From Paragordius varius (lineage: Eukaryota; Animalia; Nematomorpha), in NCBI GenBank assembly GCA_964247055.1, contig OZ176056.1:5022001-5086000 (forward strand): DNA of 64,000 nt, written 5' to 3'. The notes beneath the pieces are model-generated. The model worked only from the letters and a program-made list of their open reading frames with translations, was not told the origin of the DNA and did not search any database. A program made the translations under genes and the position numbers. This document shows, piece after piece, positions 49,184 through 61,000 of this stretch; positions within the stretch are counted from its first letter, which is position 1, and each line of letters starts with the position of its first letter.

Positions 49184-49234
49184 TTAAAGGCATACTGACT
49201 TGCAGAAAAAGAAACATCGCATGTTTAAAAAAGC

Positions 49235-52200
49235 ATGCTTTCAAGATTTTTTAATCGGCATATTTTGAAAAATTTATCGTCTTGTGCAGGTATAATAATA
49301 TTATATATGTATAGTTATATCGAGCACCAATAATCTATTACCATTATTTGCAATCGTTTACATAAATGGACATCAATACAAAATTACAAGATATGATATG
49401 ATAAGAGTAATGGGTTTTATCCCGGCCGAATTGGGAGAAACTATTAAGCTGGAAAAAGTTTTTTTTCCTTTTTAGTTTAGATTTTATTATTGGGAAGTAC
49501 TAATTTTACTTTAATTGGTCAACCTTTTCTTTCATCTGATTTAATTCAAATCAAAGCTACTCTAATAGAACAAGGATTAACGCACATGTATACAGATTAT
49601 AAATACTGGAAAAGGCCATATGCTAACTCTAGGATGAGATGTATATTTTAAATTAATTAAAAAATATACATTACTCTTATTCTAAACAATTTAAAAATGA
49701 TTTTTATTCCTTTTAATATACAAAAAAACATTTTTCTACTCGTTTATTCATGCTGTTATGATTGAGCCAAGATTTTTCAAAATATATGCAGCATAAATTA
49801 ACCTCTTTAACTCAAGGGATGGTACTTCATTCGCTGTACCAAGCTAGGAAATGTTTACAAAGACTACGATCTGCCAGTGGCGGAACTATAAATTATGCCC
49901 CCCTCCCCGCAAAAAAATCGTTTGCAGGTATCTTTTCACTTGGCGCATCACTTAGATTTGTGAAGAAATATTATATTTAAAAATGATAATATTTACATTA
50001 CTTATCATCCTGAGTCTCAAAGTTTAGCGTTCCTGTATTTTTATATATGATGGTTAGTACCCACCCTAGCCACCACCGTCAATTTCTATCTTAACGTTCA
50101 TTTTACAGTTTATACTTAAATAACTTATTAAGAGCATGTATTAATCAGAAAATCATGTTTTAAAATTTCGTTTTCTTGATTTTGCGTGAGCCAGGATTCC
50201 TAGAGAAACTATTTGGTGGAGTCTCCGTCGTAAAAGGTGCCAGAAAGTTATATTAAGTTGTTAATAATGTACGAATCACACACCTCAAGGATTAAAACCC
50301 CACAAGGTTTATCAGAGCCCTTTTCAATAAAGCATGGAGTCTACCAAGGCTCATCACTCAGCCCCTTATTGTTTATAATTTGTATGGACGAGGTAGCCAA
50401 GGTTGTTAATGTGAGTTCAGGATGGTACTTAATGTATGCAGATGGCATAATCATCTTGTCTGATTCATTAATTGAGTTAAAGCGAACGGTAAACAGATGG
50501 GTTGTTATGCTGGATCAATAGGGTCTGAAAGTAAACAAAGCAAAAACCGAACTTATTATTTTTGGGGGTTCACATGAAATGGTAGTTGATATTAGTTGGG
50601 TTCTGAAGGGTAAGGAAAGTTACAAATATCTGGGAGCTATGTTAAGTGCAGATGGTTCGTTGACTGATATTAATTTAAGAATAAGGAGCAGCTGGGCAAA
50701 TTGGAAGAAAATTTCGAGCGTATTATGCGATCGAAATATTGATGTTAGAGTGAAAGGTAAGATTTACAGTTCAGTTGTCCAGCCCTCAATGATGTATAAT
50801 TCTCAGACGTGTGGTGTCAAAAAATCCGAAGAAAGACATTTTAACGTGACTGAAATGAAAATGCTTAGAATGATATGTGGGGTAACTAGAAAGGACAGAA
50901 TCGAGAATAGATTTATTCGTGGGAGCACAGATATTAAACCAATAGTGGAAAGAATGTCAAAAAATAGGCTACGTTGGTTCGGGCACATTGAAAGGAGAGA
51001 TTCTAATTATATTGCAAAAATAATAGATAGTCATATAGTTGAGGGAAAACGAGGATGTGAGCGGCCTAAAACAAAATGGATAGATACAATAAAAAGAGAG
51101 CTAACAGAATACGAGCTTAATGCAGAGGACGCCATAGATAGAGTTTTATGGCGAGACAGGTTGTATAACATGACCGCTCTCACGAGGGAAAACATGTAAT
51201 GTATAATAAAAAATTTTAATTATATTTTTTTATCCATTTGATCCGCCATCTCGGCTTTAATTGTTAATAACGATAAATTGCTTAACCTTTTTTCAGCCAT
51301 CGTGCTTCTAATATAATTTTTAATTATTTTTACCTATGAGAATGAATGTTCCGCTGTAGCAACCGTAACTGTAATGGCTGAAACTCTTAGGTACTTAAAA
51401 ATTAAAAGCTCTGAAAATTGCCTGGCATTTTTTGATTGCGCGATGTCATCCTTAAGCGAAAAATTGACACTATTTGAATTAGAAAATATTCACTCAAATC
51501 GTTTGGATAAATTATTAGATTTTTAGCTGCATTGATAATTTCTACTTCAATTATAGTTAACTAGATGGAAGCAGAAATGAAAACATATCCGCTACGCTAT
51601 AAAAACTGCCAAATTGTTTTTTGACTGAAAAACATTATCTAAAATTTTATTGAAAATATTCACTCTTAACTTATCATCTAAATTAGAAAATCTATGGTCA
51701 TCGGCAAGTTAGTCAATATATCTTTTAATAATTTTATGTCTCTTATCACTATAAACAGGTTTAATGCCATTTCCATGGCATCTTTTTTGCGGTTATATAG
51801 TCATTTCATCGTATCCTCTTTGTGTAATGGCTAGCCATTGTATCCGTATAGAAGCTGTCTGTAATATTTGCGATCCTGCCAAGCGTTATCATCAATGTTG
51901 GCAACACTTAAATCATTATTTATTGTTTTTTCCAAGTTAAATGTTGGTCTACCCTTGCGATTGTTACCTTCGGGATGTCGGGATATTTTATTTGTCCATT
52001 GTTCTGGAGCACGTTTGGTGTGTCCGAAATATCTAAACTTATTTTTTCTGAGCATAACATTTATAGGTTCGATTTGGTATAGTTGATGTAAATTTGAATT
52101 TGACTTATTGGGATGGAATAAATTTAGCATCCGCTTTCTATGTTCATTAGTTTTTTCTAATTGAATCTGTCATCGGCCAAGTCTCGCTTCCATACAGGAG

Positions 52201-55200
52201 TATGGGACGTATGCCGGCTTTGTAAATCAAACCTTTGTTTTTTGCTGGTATAATTTTTGAGCACAAATTTAATTTGATGATATTTTGCCCAAGCCTGTTG
52301 GGATCTATATTTAACTGATTGGTTTATTCCACCTAGGCAATGTATGACATCGTCCAAGTATTTAAAATTATTTACCAATTCGATTTTGGCGTCTGCCATA
52401 TAAAAGTATTTTATTGAAGTGGGTGAGTGATTTATTGTTTTATTTTTGCATGATTCACATATAAATTTATCATTGTTAATTGATGTCCCTTTTATAAGCG
52501 AGCACTTTTTGTGTACCCACTTATTGCATGATGTACAGATTGAATTGAGTTTAACATCTAAATCACATATTCCACATGGAAATTTAGGTCTTCATATACA
52601 GTTTCACCCGTTATCAGCACCTTTGTTTTGCTTATATCTATCTTCATTCCACCCTTTTCTAAGTGAGATTTCCATGTGTTGTACTTTTGATTTAATTCTT
52701 TAATTGATGTTGCGGTGAGGACAATGTCGTCCGCGTAGATAAGTTCCCATGGTGGGCCTTGTTTTATATCTTTTGTTAGGTAATCCATTATTAAAATGAA
52801 GGGCTTTGAATGGAGCCTTGATGAAGACCAGATTCGTTTGGAACAAAAGCTGTGTTGCCTAGTGTTAATCTGACGCAGTTTGTTGTTTTGTAGTACATCA
52901 TTTATATTAATTTAATTATCCAATCATCTACGTGTTGGCTGGTAATGTGGATGTTATTAACTTCCTAAGGATACAATCAAAGGCTCTTTGTAAATCTATA
53001 AAAACATGATAAAGTTTTTTATTTTTCGCTAAATAATTCTCTTGCTATCTTCTCAAAATGAAGATTGCATCAATTGTGCTACTGTTTGGTTTATAGGCAT
53101 ATTGTGATCCCTATATACTAATGATTAATCTTAGTGATTCAATGATGGATTCGAAAAATTTTAACTGGTGTTCCAACAAATTTAGTGGTCTGTAGGAGGA
53201 ACAAACGAGTATGTCTCCTTTGTTTTTATAAATGTGTATGATGGTGCTTTTTGACCAATCATTAGGGATGCGATTCGTTGACAAGATTAGATTAAATATA
53301 TTAGTTAAATGTGGAATGCATTGGGGTAAAGCTTTAATCATGTCGGAGCTGAGTTCAGATGGACCAGTTGCTTTGTTATTTTTAATCTTGGCCAAGGTAT
53401 CTCTTACATCGTCTGTTGTTACCAATGGTCGAGGACCAATTGCTGGTGGTTGGTTTATTGTTTCAAAATCATGTATTTGTGCGAATTGTTCTTGGTAATA
53501 CGTAGTCCAGACATTGCTTATGTATCCCCAATCAGTTGCTAGATGTTGGTGTTTATCTTTAATATAGGAAATTTGTTTAATGTCCTTTTTATTATTGTTA
53601 CCAGAATTTATTGTTCAGAAAATCTTAAGATTTTTATGTCCTGTTCTAGTTTTGCTAAATCCAAAGCTTATTTTGTGGGCTGAAATATTGATGGCTTGTA
53701 GTAAATTTTTATTTGATTAGATATATGATTCCAAGTCTCTTTTATCTTTTGTTTGTTTCCATCTTTTATAGTTATTGCGTTTAATTTTAATTAAAGGTTT
53801 TATGGATTCTGACCACCACAAATTTGATTGTTGTTTTTTGTAAATTTTTTTTCTGCCACAAAAATTAAGCACATTTGAATGCTGCTTTTAAAATTTCCAA
53901 GCTTGTTCAGATGTTTTGTGGTTGAGGCTGAGCGTTGCATTGACAGTTTTTGAGAGTTGAAGTTTAAGATTAGGAAGGTGTAGTTTTTCTAAGTTTTTTA
54001 TAGGTTTGTGGTTACTATGGTAATGGAATTTCTTTAATATTATTATTGCTACAATCAATTTATGTTGTGTATCAGTGAGATATGTTTTAGAATCTTTAAT
54101 GAATTTTCTATCTTGTATAGGTGTTAAAATGTAGTAAACCATAGAGTTTTGATTATAGTATAAGTTATTAATTTCTTTGCTGGTTCGTGAAGAGGGTACT
54201 GCAGATAGTAAGTCTAAGAAATGCGCAGTATTCTAATAATGTATCACCTTCTTTGTTACGGCTGCCAAAAGCGTTTCCTCCATGTATTCTCTTATAGCCT
54301 TGACCATTAGTGCCAACGTGGGAAATAAAATCTCCACCTATAAAAATTTTGTCATTATAGTTGGTTCCAGAAGGCTTGTTTGGTTGCTTCGCTTAATTCA
54401 GACTGAGGGGCATAGACGGAAAATATGTTAAAATTTTGTTTTTTAAAGCCGATACGTATTTGGATAATTCTTTCGTTGTCTCTGCTTATTTCTATTATAT
54501 TATCACAATATTCATTTTTAATAGCTATAGCCACTCCATGTTTGCCTTTAATTTTACCTTTGTAGAATATTGTATAGTTGTCAATATTCAGTTTTCCCTC
54601 AGATTTATATATTGTTTCCTGGAGGCAACAGATATCAATGTTTTTCTCTTTTATTTGGTCGATGCTAAGTTTGATCTACCGACTGGTGTCGAGATTATCC
54701 AAGTGCCGATCTTAAGTGGTTTTACCATATTGTTGGGTGTTTTTTGATGTTTGTGGTTTTTTAGGAGAGCATTAATATTGTTATCATGTAAATTAATATT
54801 ATTAAAATTGAGATTATCACATATATTAATAACATCAGTAAAATTATTTGTAAGATTAATATTATCATTTTTAAAATATATATCATTATTTAAAAGTGTT
54901 GTCAATTCATTCATTATATACGGTTTAATTAAGGCGATTGTTTTACAATTTGCATGCCTTTGCAACAAGAGACTATTTCGTCCCTGACCTATGGAATCGC
55001 CTTTCTGGGCTTACGGAGTTCCAACTCCGCTTACATATACTAATTGGTTGTTTCTGGCAACTGGTTATAACGCCATATAAACCCGCTTTATCATCTGTGT
55101 GAATGCAGGTATTGTGGTATTTTATAAGAAAAAAAATGGTAATTATCTTTTTCCACCACACCCCACACAGATGATTTCTTTCTTTTGCCGGTCCTGTTGG

Positions 55201-57939
55201 TATTAACCAGGGTGCACCACATGGAGGTGGGAGTCGGACTTTGCACCCATAGTCATTTCTATATTTTAATACAATATATTTAAATTATTGAGCTGGTTTT
55301 ATAAGGTCTATATCATTTGATTGTAGTGCAGAGACTCTATGTACTCTATCTAATATATGATATAAAAATATGCAAAGAAATATAAATACAGATTTACTTA
55401 TTTTTTAATAAACATAGAAGCTTCTTCTTGCTCATTCTTCTTAGTCGTTAATTTTGGTTAAAACCTTAATAATATCAAATAACGATATTTTTAAGAGAAG
55501 TATACCTTCCAGCCCAACAAATTTTTATTTTTTTTAGAACTTATTTAAGATTCCTGAGTAGAACTTCTCAAAAGGTCCCATCTTTTTATGCTGTAGCCAA
55601 AAATGTATATATTGGCCCCTGCTTCTCAACAAGATTTAATAGAATCATTTATAACTTATTGATTATGAGCGGCGACATCTCAAAAATGATTGTAGTCCAT
55701 TGTAAGTTCCGCTCATAACTGGCTCCATCATAACCTGGCCTCTACACAAATGATAAATTTTAGTTTTTTAATTTTTTTTATCATACTATATAACTCATAT
55801 AGGTAATGTTTATCAATTTCTCTAAACCCTAAAAACCCTTCCTTAATTTCCAGTTTTTTTGTCATACCATTTCCTTTATAATTTTAACAAATAGAAATGC
55901 TTGACTTAATTAGTTTTTTTTTGCTATATCCTGAGTAGTGTCTAAAATGAGAGTGTAAAAAGCCGCCTCTTTTATTTCAGATATAATTATGTCTCTCAAA
56001 CGCGTACAACGCAGTCTATGATTTCTTTTGTAATAATGGAATCAAATATTCAATGTTACCATCAGGCTTATCCAGAACTTGCTTCATCATACTATCATAT
56101 TTTCTAAAATTTGAACCTGATAAAAAAATTACCATTATAGATATTATCAAAAGTTTTACGATGACCACGGAAAGGGAGAGAGTTTTTAGACAAAGATAAT
56201 GCTAACTAATATCTCTAATACAACAACCCAAAAATTTGTTTCGTTAGTTCTTTAATGACCATAAGATTTGGAGAAAAGGTTTGAGGAATTGGAAAGAGCT
56301 ATTCAAAAAGTTTCTAAACATGAAGGAAGTAAGTATTATATGGACTGCTGCTCTATTCCTGATAAATGGAAAGAGGATAAAACAATTGAGACTTTATCTT
56401 GTAGAGGAAATCTGATTTTTTTTCCAACTTCTGGAGGCAATATATACATTTTGGTTATAGTATATAAAGATGGGACCTTTTAAGATGTTCTACTCAGGAA
56501 TCTGAAATAAGTTTGAAAAAATTAAATCCTACTCGTTGGGCTCCAAGCTATACCCTCTTTTATCAATAAAATATCGTTATTTTGATATTATTAAGGTTTT
56601 AACCAATATTAACGAGCACCAAGAAAAATGAGAGGGAAATTTATATTTCTTTGCATATTTTTGTCATAAATTACAAAGTCTCTACATTACAATCAAATGA
56701 TATAGACCTTATAAAAGCAAACTGCTCGTAGTTTCGCCACTGGGATCATTTCGACATCCTCTTTTACAGTGTAGTCGGATATTACCACGTGGAGTTAGAA
56801 TTTTGATATCCAAAGGTAGGTTATGCGCCACAAAACTAACCTTAACAGCAACAGACTTATACAAGAGCTGAAAATAACATACTAAAAATCTGCTAATTTT
56901 GATAATAACATTTGAAGAGAACCCATATCTCTGTTTATCAGTCCAGCTGATTACGTTATTATGGACATATCCAACGCATGAATGCCCATAATTGGGTGCA
57001 AAAGATATAACTAAACTTGGCACAAACAAAAAAGCCCTCCTGAACTCACATGGTCCCAACAGTTTACTCAAGATTTCTTACAATTCAATATCACCTTTGT
57101 TTAGGAAGTTAGTGCATAGTAACGTAAGAAATCCTGGGACATAAAACAGATGGATATAAAAACACGAAATTTAACTATTTTTTACATACGAAAGGAAACA
57201 AAATTTATTATTTAATGACTGTAACGCACTTTTTGTACCAAGTTTTTTAGAGCGGTTGGTGAATCGTTTACGGGTCCTAATTAATTTGAATCATTATAAT
57301 AATTTGTTAAAAATTTATTATGTACAAGTTCTTGGTTCAGTTTGAATTAAAAAATGTTTGTAACAATTTGGAATGCCAAATTTAAATATTTAATTATTAT
57401 ATTTTCAATCCATTCTCGCACATAAAAAATTAAATTTTTGGCAGAAAAAATTAACCAGAATATTTGTTTTTTATTTTATTGAAAATTTTTTATACAATAA
57501 ATGATAATATCGCTTGTAAAATTGGCGTTTTATATTTTAAAGTTTTACATGTAAAATTAAAAGTATTTTGCGTGATTTCAACTTTTTTAAAGTTTTTTAT
57601 ATTAATTTAATGAAGTTATTATTGAATGTTGACATAATTTTTTATCGAGTGCATATATAAGAAATAGCACATATATATTTTTTGCCTTATATTTCATTGC
57701 ATCCCTTCGTCCACCCTAAATTTCCCGACTTACATTTTCGCGCTAAAATAGAACCACAATTTCTTATTGTTAGTTATATAATTTTTTATAAAGTGCTTAG
57801 ATATCCGAGAACGGTTTTGAGGATAACAGACATTGATTTATCACTCGACTCACCGGATCAATTAAATCTATTGAACGATAAATTTATGAGTAAAATAGCC
57901 AACCAAATTCGATCTGATACGCAAAAACATATGATTTAG
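49235..57939 (+). CDS. MRPL21: Mitochondrial ribosomal protein bL21m
   Basis: Exons 49235-49289 (MLSRFFNRHILKNLSSCA, targeting-peptide-like), 49315-49457 (LFAIVYINGHQYKIT..D.I...LGETIKLEK), 49481-49640 (ILLLGSTNFTLIGQP...IKATLIEQ...KYWKR), 57794-57939 (RYPRTVLRITDIDL). Motif order matches bL21. Confidence 0.9.
49290..49314 (+). other. 25-nt intron (MRPL21 intron 1)
   Basis: GTATAATAATATTATATATGTATAG; removal puts the targeting peptide in frame with the bL21 core. Confidence 0.8.
49458..49480 (+). other. 23-nt intron (MRPL21 intron 2)
   Basis: GTTTTTTTTCCTTTTTAGTTTAG; removal gives the conserved LEK|ILLLG junction. Retention hits TAG, and the upstream AG (18 nt) is out of frame. Confidence 0.88.
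50192..51210 (+). mobile_element. 5'-truncated RTE LINE copy
   Basis: Closely matches 46714-47710 (YADG instead of YADD); splits the hAT dimerisation tail, which resumes colinearly on both sides. Confidence 0.9.
51808..55248 (-). mobile_element. Full-length RTE-like LINE with a PHD-type finger, frameshifted
   Basis: 11-bp TSD ATAGTCATTTC (51797-51807 and 55249-55259). EN start LKIGTW..ST..GRS, KNNKATGPS..., SYRPLNLLEH, YADDIVL, Cys/His finger at ~52445-52590, RYFGHTKR...GRP C-terminus. Confidence 0.9.
56743..57150 (+). mobile_element. LINE 3' fragment
   Basis: Plus strand LRYYGHIQRMNAHNWVQKI...PPELTWSQQFTQDFLQFNI resembles an RTE/CR1-type C-terminus; multiple stops. Confidence 0.6.
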
Positions 57940-58056
57940 GGTTGTAAATAGTAGCTTTTACAGTTCATACATTGATCAATCTTGAATATTTATTTCATCA
58001 AAACTTTTTAATAAATATATCATGTATATCTTTCAAACAATTACTAAACTTATCAA

Positions 58057-61000
58057 TCAACAAAAATCTTTCATAAACTCTTCATTGATGCGGAAATTTG
58101 TGTGCAGCATCTAAAATAAAATAGCCATAATAAAATATTATTTAACAAAACAAATTAAAAAGACTGTAAACCTCTTGTTTTTTCTTCAACTTTTTTATCG
58201 CAATAATATCTTGAGCAAATTCCGCTATATCCGCTAAATCCTGTTTCTTTTTAAGTTTAGCTCTTTGCTTTCTGGTTAATGTTTTTTCTGTGTTGTTTTC
58301 CTTCATATCGTACAAAATATATATAAATGTTTATATTGTAAATAAGAAACATATAGTAAATCTAACATTATAACTGAGTGATAATACTTTATTCTCCTTA
58401 ACTTCCTTGTCAATAATAGGTGCTAAGGGAATCGAATTTTGTTGATCTAATACATTTTTCTTTTTCTTGACGCGTTCAATCTCGGGGAAAGGTGGGTGGA
58501 AGTCAAGTAAGGCGTTCAAACTTGTATCCATTACACCACCATCTCTACTCAAATGAAGAAACATAAAATTATTATGACATATTTAAAGCATCAAATATGC
58601 TAATTTTATGGAAAAAAATAAAATTTGTCGGATCAATGATTCTATAGTGATTGTGGCCAAATATGAGTTAAAACAAACTTTTTGCTTTGCTTTAATCTTT
58701 GTCGATAAAGTTTTGCAATTTCTGGCATACTCGGTAAATATAACAATCCAAAACCCGTAGCAAGTTGACCAAGGGGTAGATCTCGAACACGAAAAATCAC
58801 TGAGAAACTGTTTTCTCCATAGGATCGAACCGTGCTTACAAATGCCTTAATGCCTTTTAACATGTAGGGCGGATTGGAGCGTGCATAGTTATGTATAAGT
58901 GACAAAATATTGATATTATGACCAAGGGAATCAGTTTCATTCAATGTGTTTTCATGTAAGTTTTTAGCGCGGATTCCTTGATTTAACGCTAAGAAATCGA
59001 TAAATGTTTCCTCCTGACCTTTATAAAGGAGTAAAAGGGAATTGCCTACTTTATGTGATGGTGGATCTAGAGATAAATAATAAATGTGTAGTGATTAATT
59101 ATATTTATGATTTGTTAACTATCAATTAAATAAAAATATAGTAATAAAAAACATTTTCGACCATATGCCTAAGCCAAAAAAAATTTAAAATACTATATTA
59201 AAATTAAAGGTGATGTTTAACATAAAATAAAAGTAAAAACTATAACCAAACTAAGTGTAACATGACATATTTAGCAAAACATTTTGTGTTTTAAATACTT
59301 TTTGGTTGCTTCCAGGTATAAAGTGTTTTTATATTAGATAAAAGCAAAAAACAATGATAAAATTAAACACGGTCCATCATACCGTTATTACACATTATAA
59401 TAAGCTAAGGTGATTTTTTAATAATTCAATACGCAATCAATAATAATATGCGGATTTAATAGAAATTTAGTAAATCAAATAATAATTCTATTTTTTGTAA
59501 ATGATAATTTTTTAATGATAAAAATGAAATTAGAATCTATATTGACGTTTTGGTCTGTTTGTCTTTCCTTTTATCGACAATGCTTTGGGATAGGTCCACA
59601 AAAAAAGGAAAAATCTTTTGCGTAAATATTTGTAAAACAGGTAAGCTAAAAACAAAAAACACATTTTGATTATCCGATGCTAAAATTGACGATGACAATT
59701 CTTAACTTTCCAAAATCCCTGATTATTTTAAATTTATTCTATCACTGGACAACAAATTTTTCTGCCACTCGAGTTTGCATTTTCTGATATTCAGTATCAT
59801 TTTAACAGTAAATCTGAAATAAAAATTATAACTCCACGTAAGAATTTTGTATAATTTGATTTTTTTGATTATGCGCCCTCTTTATCAAAACTTTACTAAA
59901 AAACTTTTCTTTGAAAATATACAAGTAATGCCCATTTGTAATATATCATTCGAAAGAGTAATAAAAACTCTATAAAATGCATACTAATATGTATTACATC
60001 GACAGTTAATATTGGACACAAAGAGCGACAAACGCGCGAAACGAGAGAATTCTTTTAATTATTATATTTTTAAAACTAATAGATGCTCAAACTTTGTTTA
60101 GATGGTGAATGTCCAAAAAAGATAAAACAAGAAAGTTTTTTTGATTAAAACATTTTTTTATTTATGTCACTCAAAACAGCCATTTTTAAGTTTTTTGTTT
60201 TTAATTACCATCTCATCAATATTAATTTATTTTCTTTACGAGGCTGATAATTTCGAAATTTTAAAGATAAAAACAAAGTTTAAGATATTTTTGATATTTT
60301 ATAGCCATTATGTAATAAATTTACAGTTATAACTATGCATTTTAGTATCCGCTAGGTAAAATATTTATGATAATAATAATTTGTATCAAAAAAGCAAACC
60401 AAAAGCTTTTTCAAACATTTTTTTAAATTACTAATGTAACCCTAATAATTATATTAAAATAATTTATATGATTTTCAAATTAGTTTGTCTGTGAAAATTC
60501 TTGACTTATTTAAGGATTGAAAATTTCGACCATTTAAATCCAAATAATTTTTACATCGGATTGATTTAAATGACTTACTACCATTTAAAAGATGCAGTTT
60601 TTTGCGCTCTTTCGAATGATATAAAATACATGGCTTCATATCTAAAACTTTTAATTTTCAAAATTTCGAGTTTAATGTTAAATCGGGGCCAAAAATTATC
60701 GATAAACTCTAATATAAAAGAATTCTTGAATGCTAGACCAATTTTCTTTTCAGATATACTAATTATGTACTTTAGTAAAATAAATTTTAAATTTACAAGA
60801 ATGGCAGTTCAAAAAAAGTCAAAATTTGTTGTCTAATGTAATTAACTTTAAAAAAATTATATTTACCCTTAAACATTTCAATATATCTCTAAAATATTTC
60901 AAATTATGCCCCACCCATAATGCATATTCACTTTAGAATTTCTGATTTCTAGCGCTTAATATTATTTGTATTTTTCCTAATTTACAAAAAAATTTAAGTC

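Larger units (their letters stand above)
49875..56742 (-). mobile_element. hAT Tip100-like element, rearranged, hosting two LINEs
   Basis: 5' TIR (GTAGTTTCGCCACTG, 56728-56742) and 3' TIR (CAGTGGCGGAACTA, 49875). Minus-strand transposase motifs LPFRGHR (~56160), YTLILDTTQDI (~55940), GYDGA..MSG.YNGLQ (~55720), TVATAEHSFS..KIIKNYIRSTM (~51330). Confidence 0.8.

Noticed and set aside
49643-49721. Possible AT-AC (U12-type) intron giving MRPL21 a nearby last exon (FYSFIHAVMIEP)
   Set aside because: The exon at 57794 has a canonical in-phase AG and a much better bL21 match (PRTVLRITDI); the putative U12 donor is off-consensus.
45992-53498. Several antisense ORFs over the LINEs (e.g. 45992-46331, 50803-50988, 51868-52086, 53232-53498)
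   Set aside because: Opposite-strand shadows of RT/EN coding sequence with no independent signal.
56709-57071. 120-aa minus-strand ORF
   Set aside because: Antisense to a recognisable LINE C-terminal fragment and overlapping the hAT TIR.
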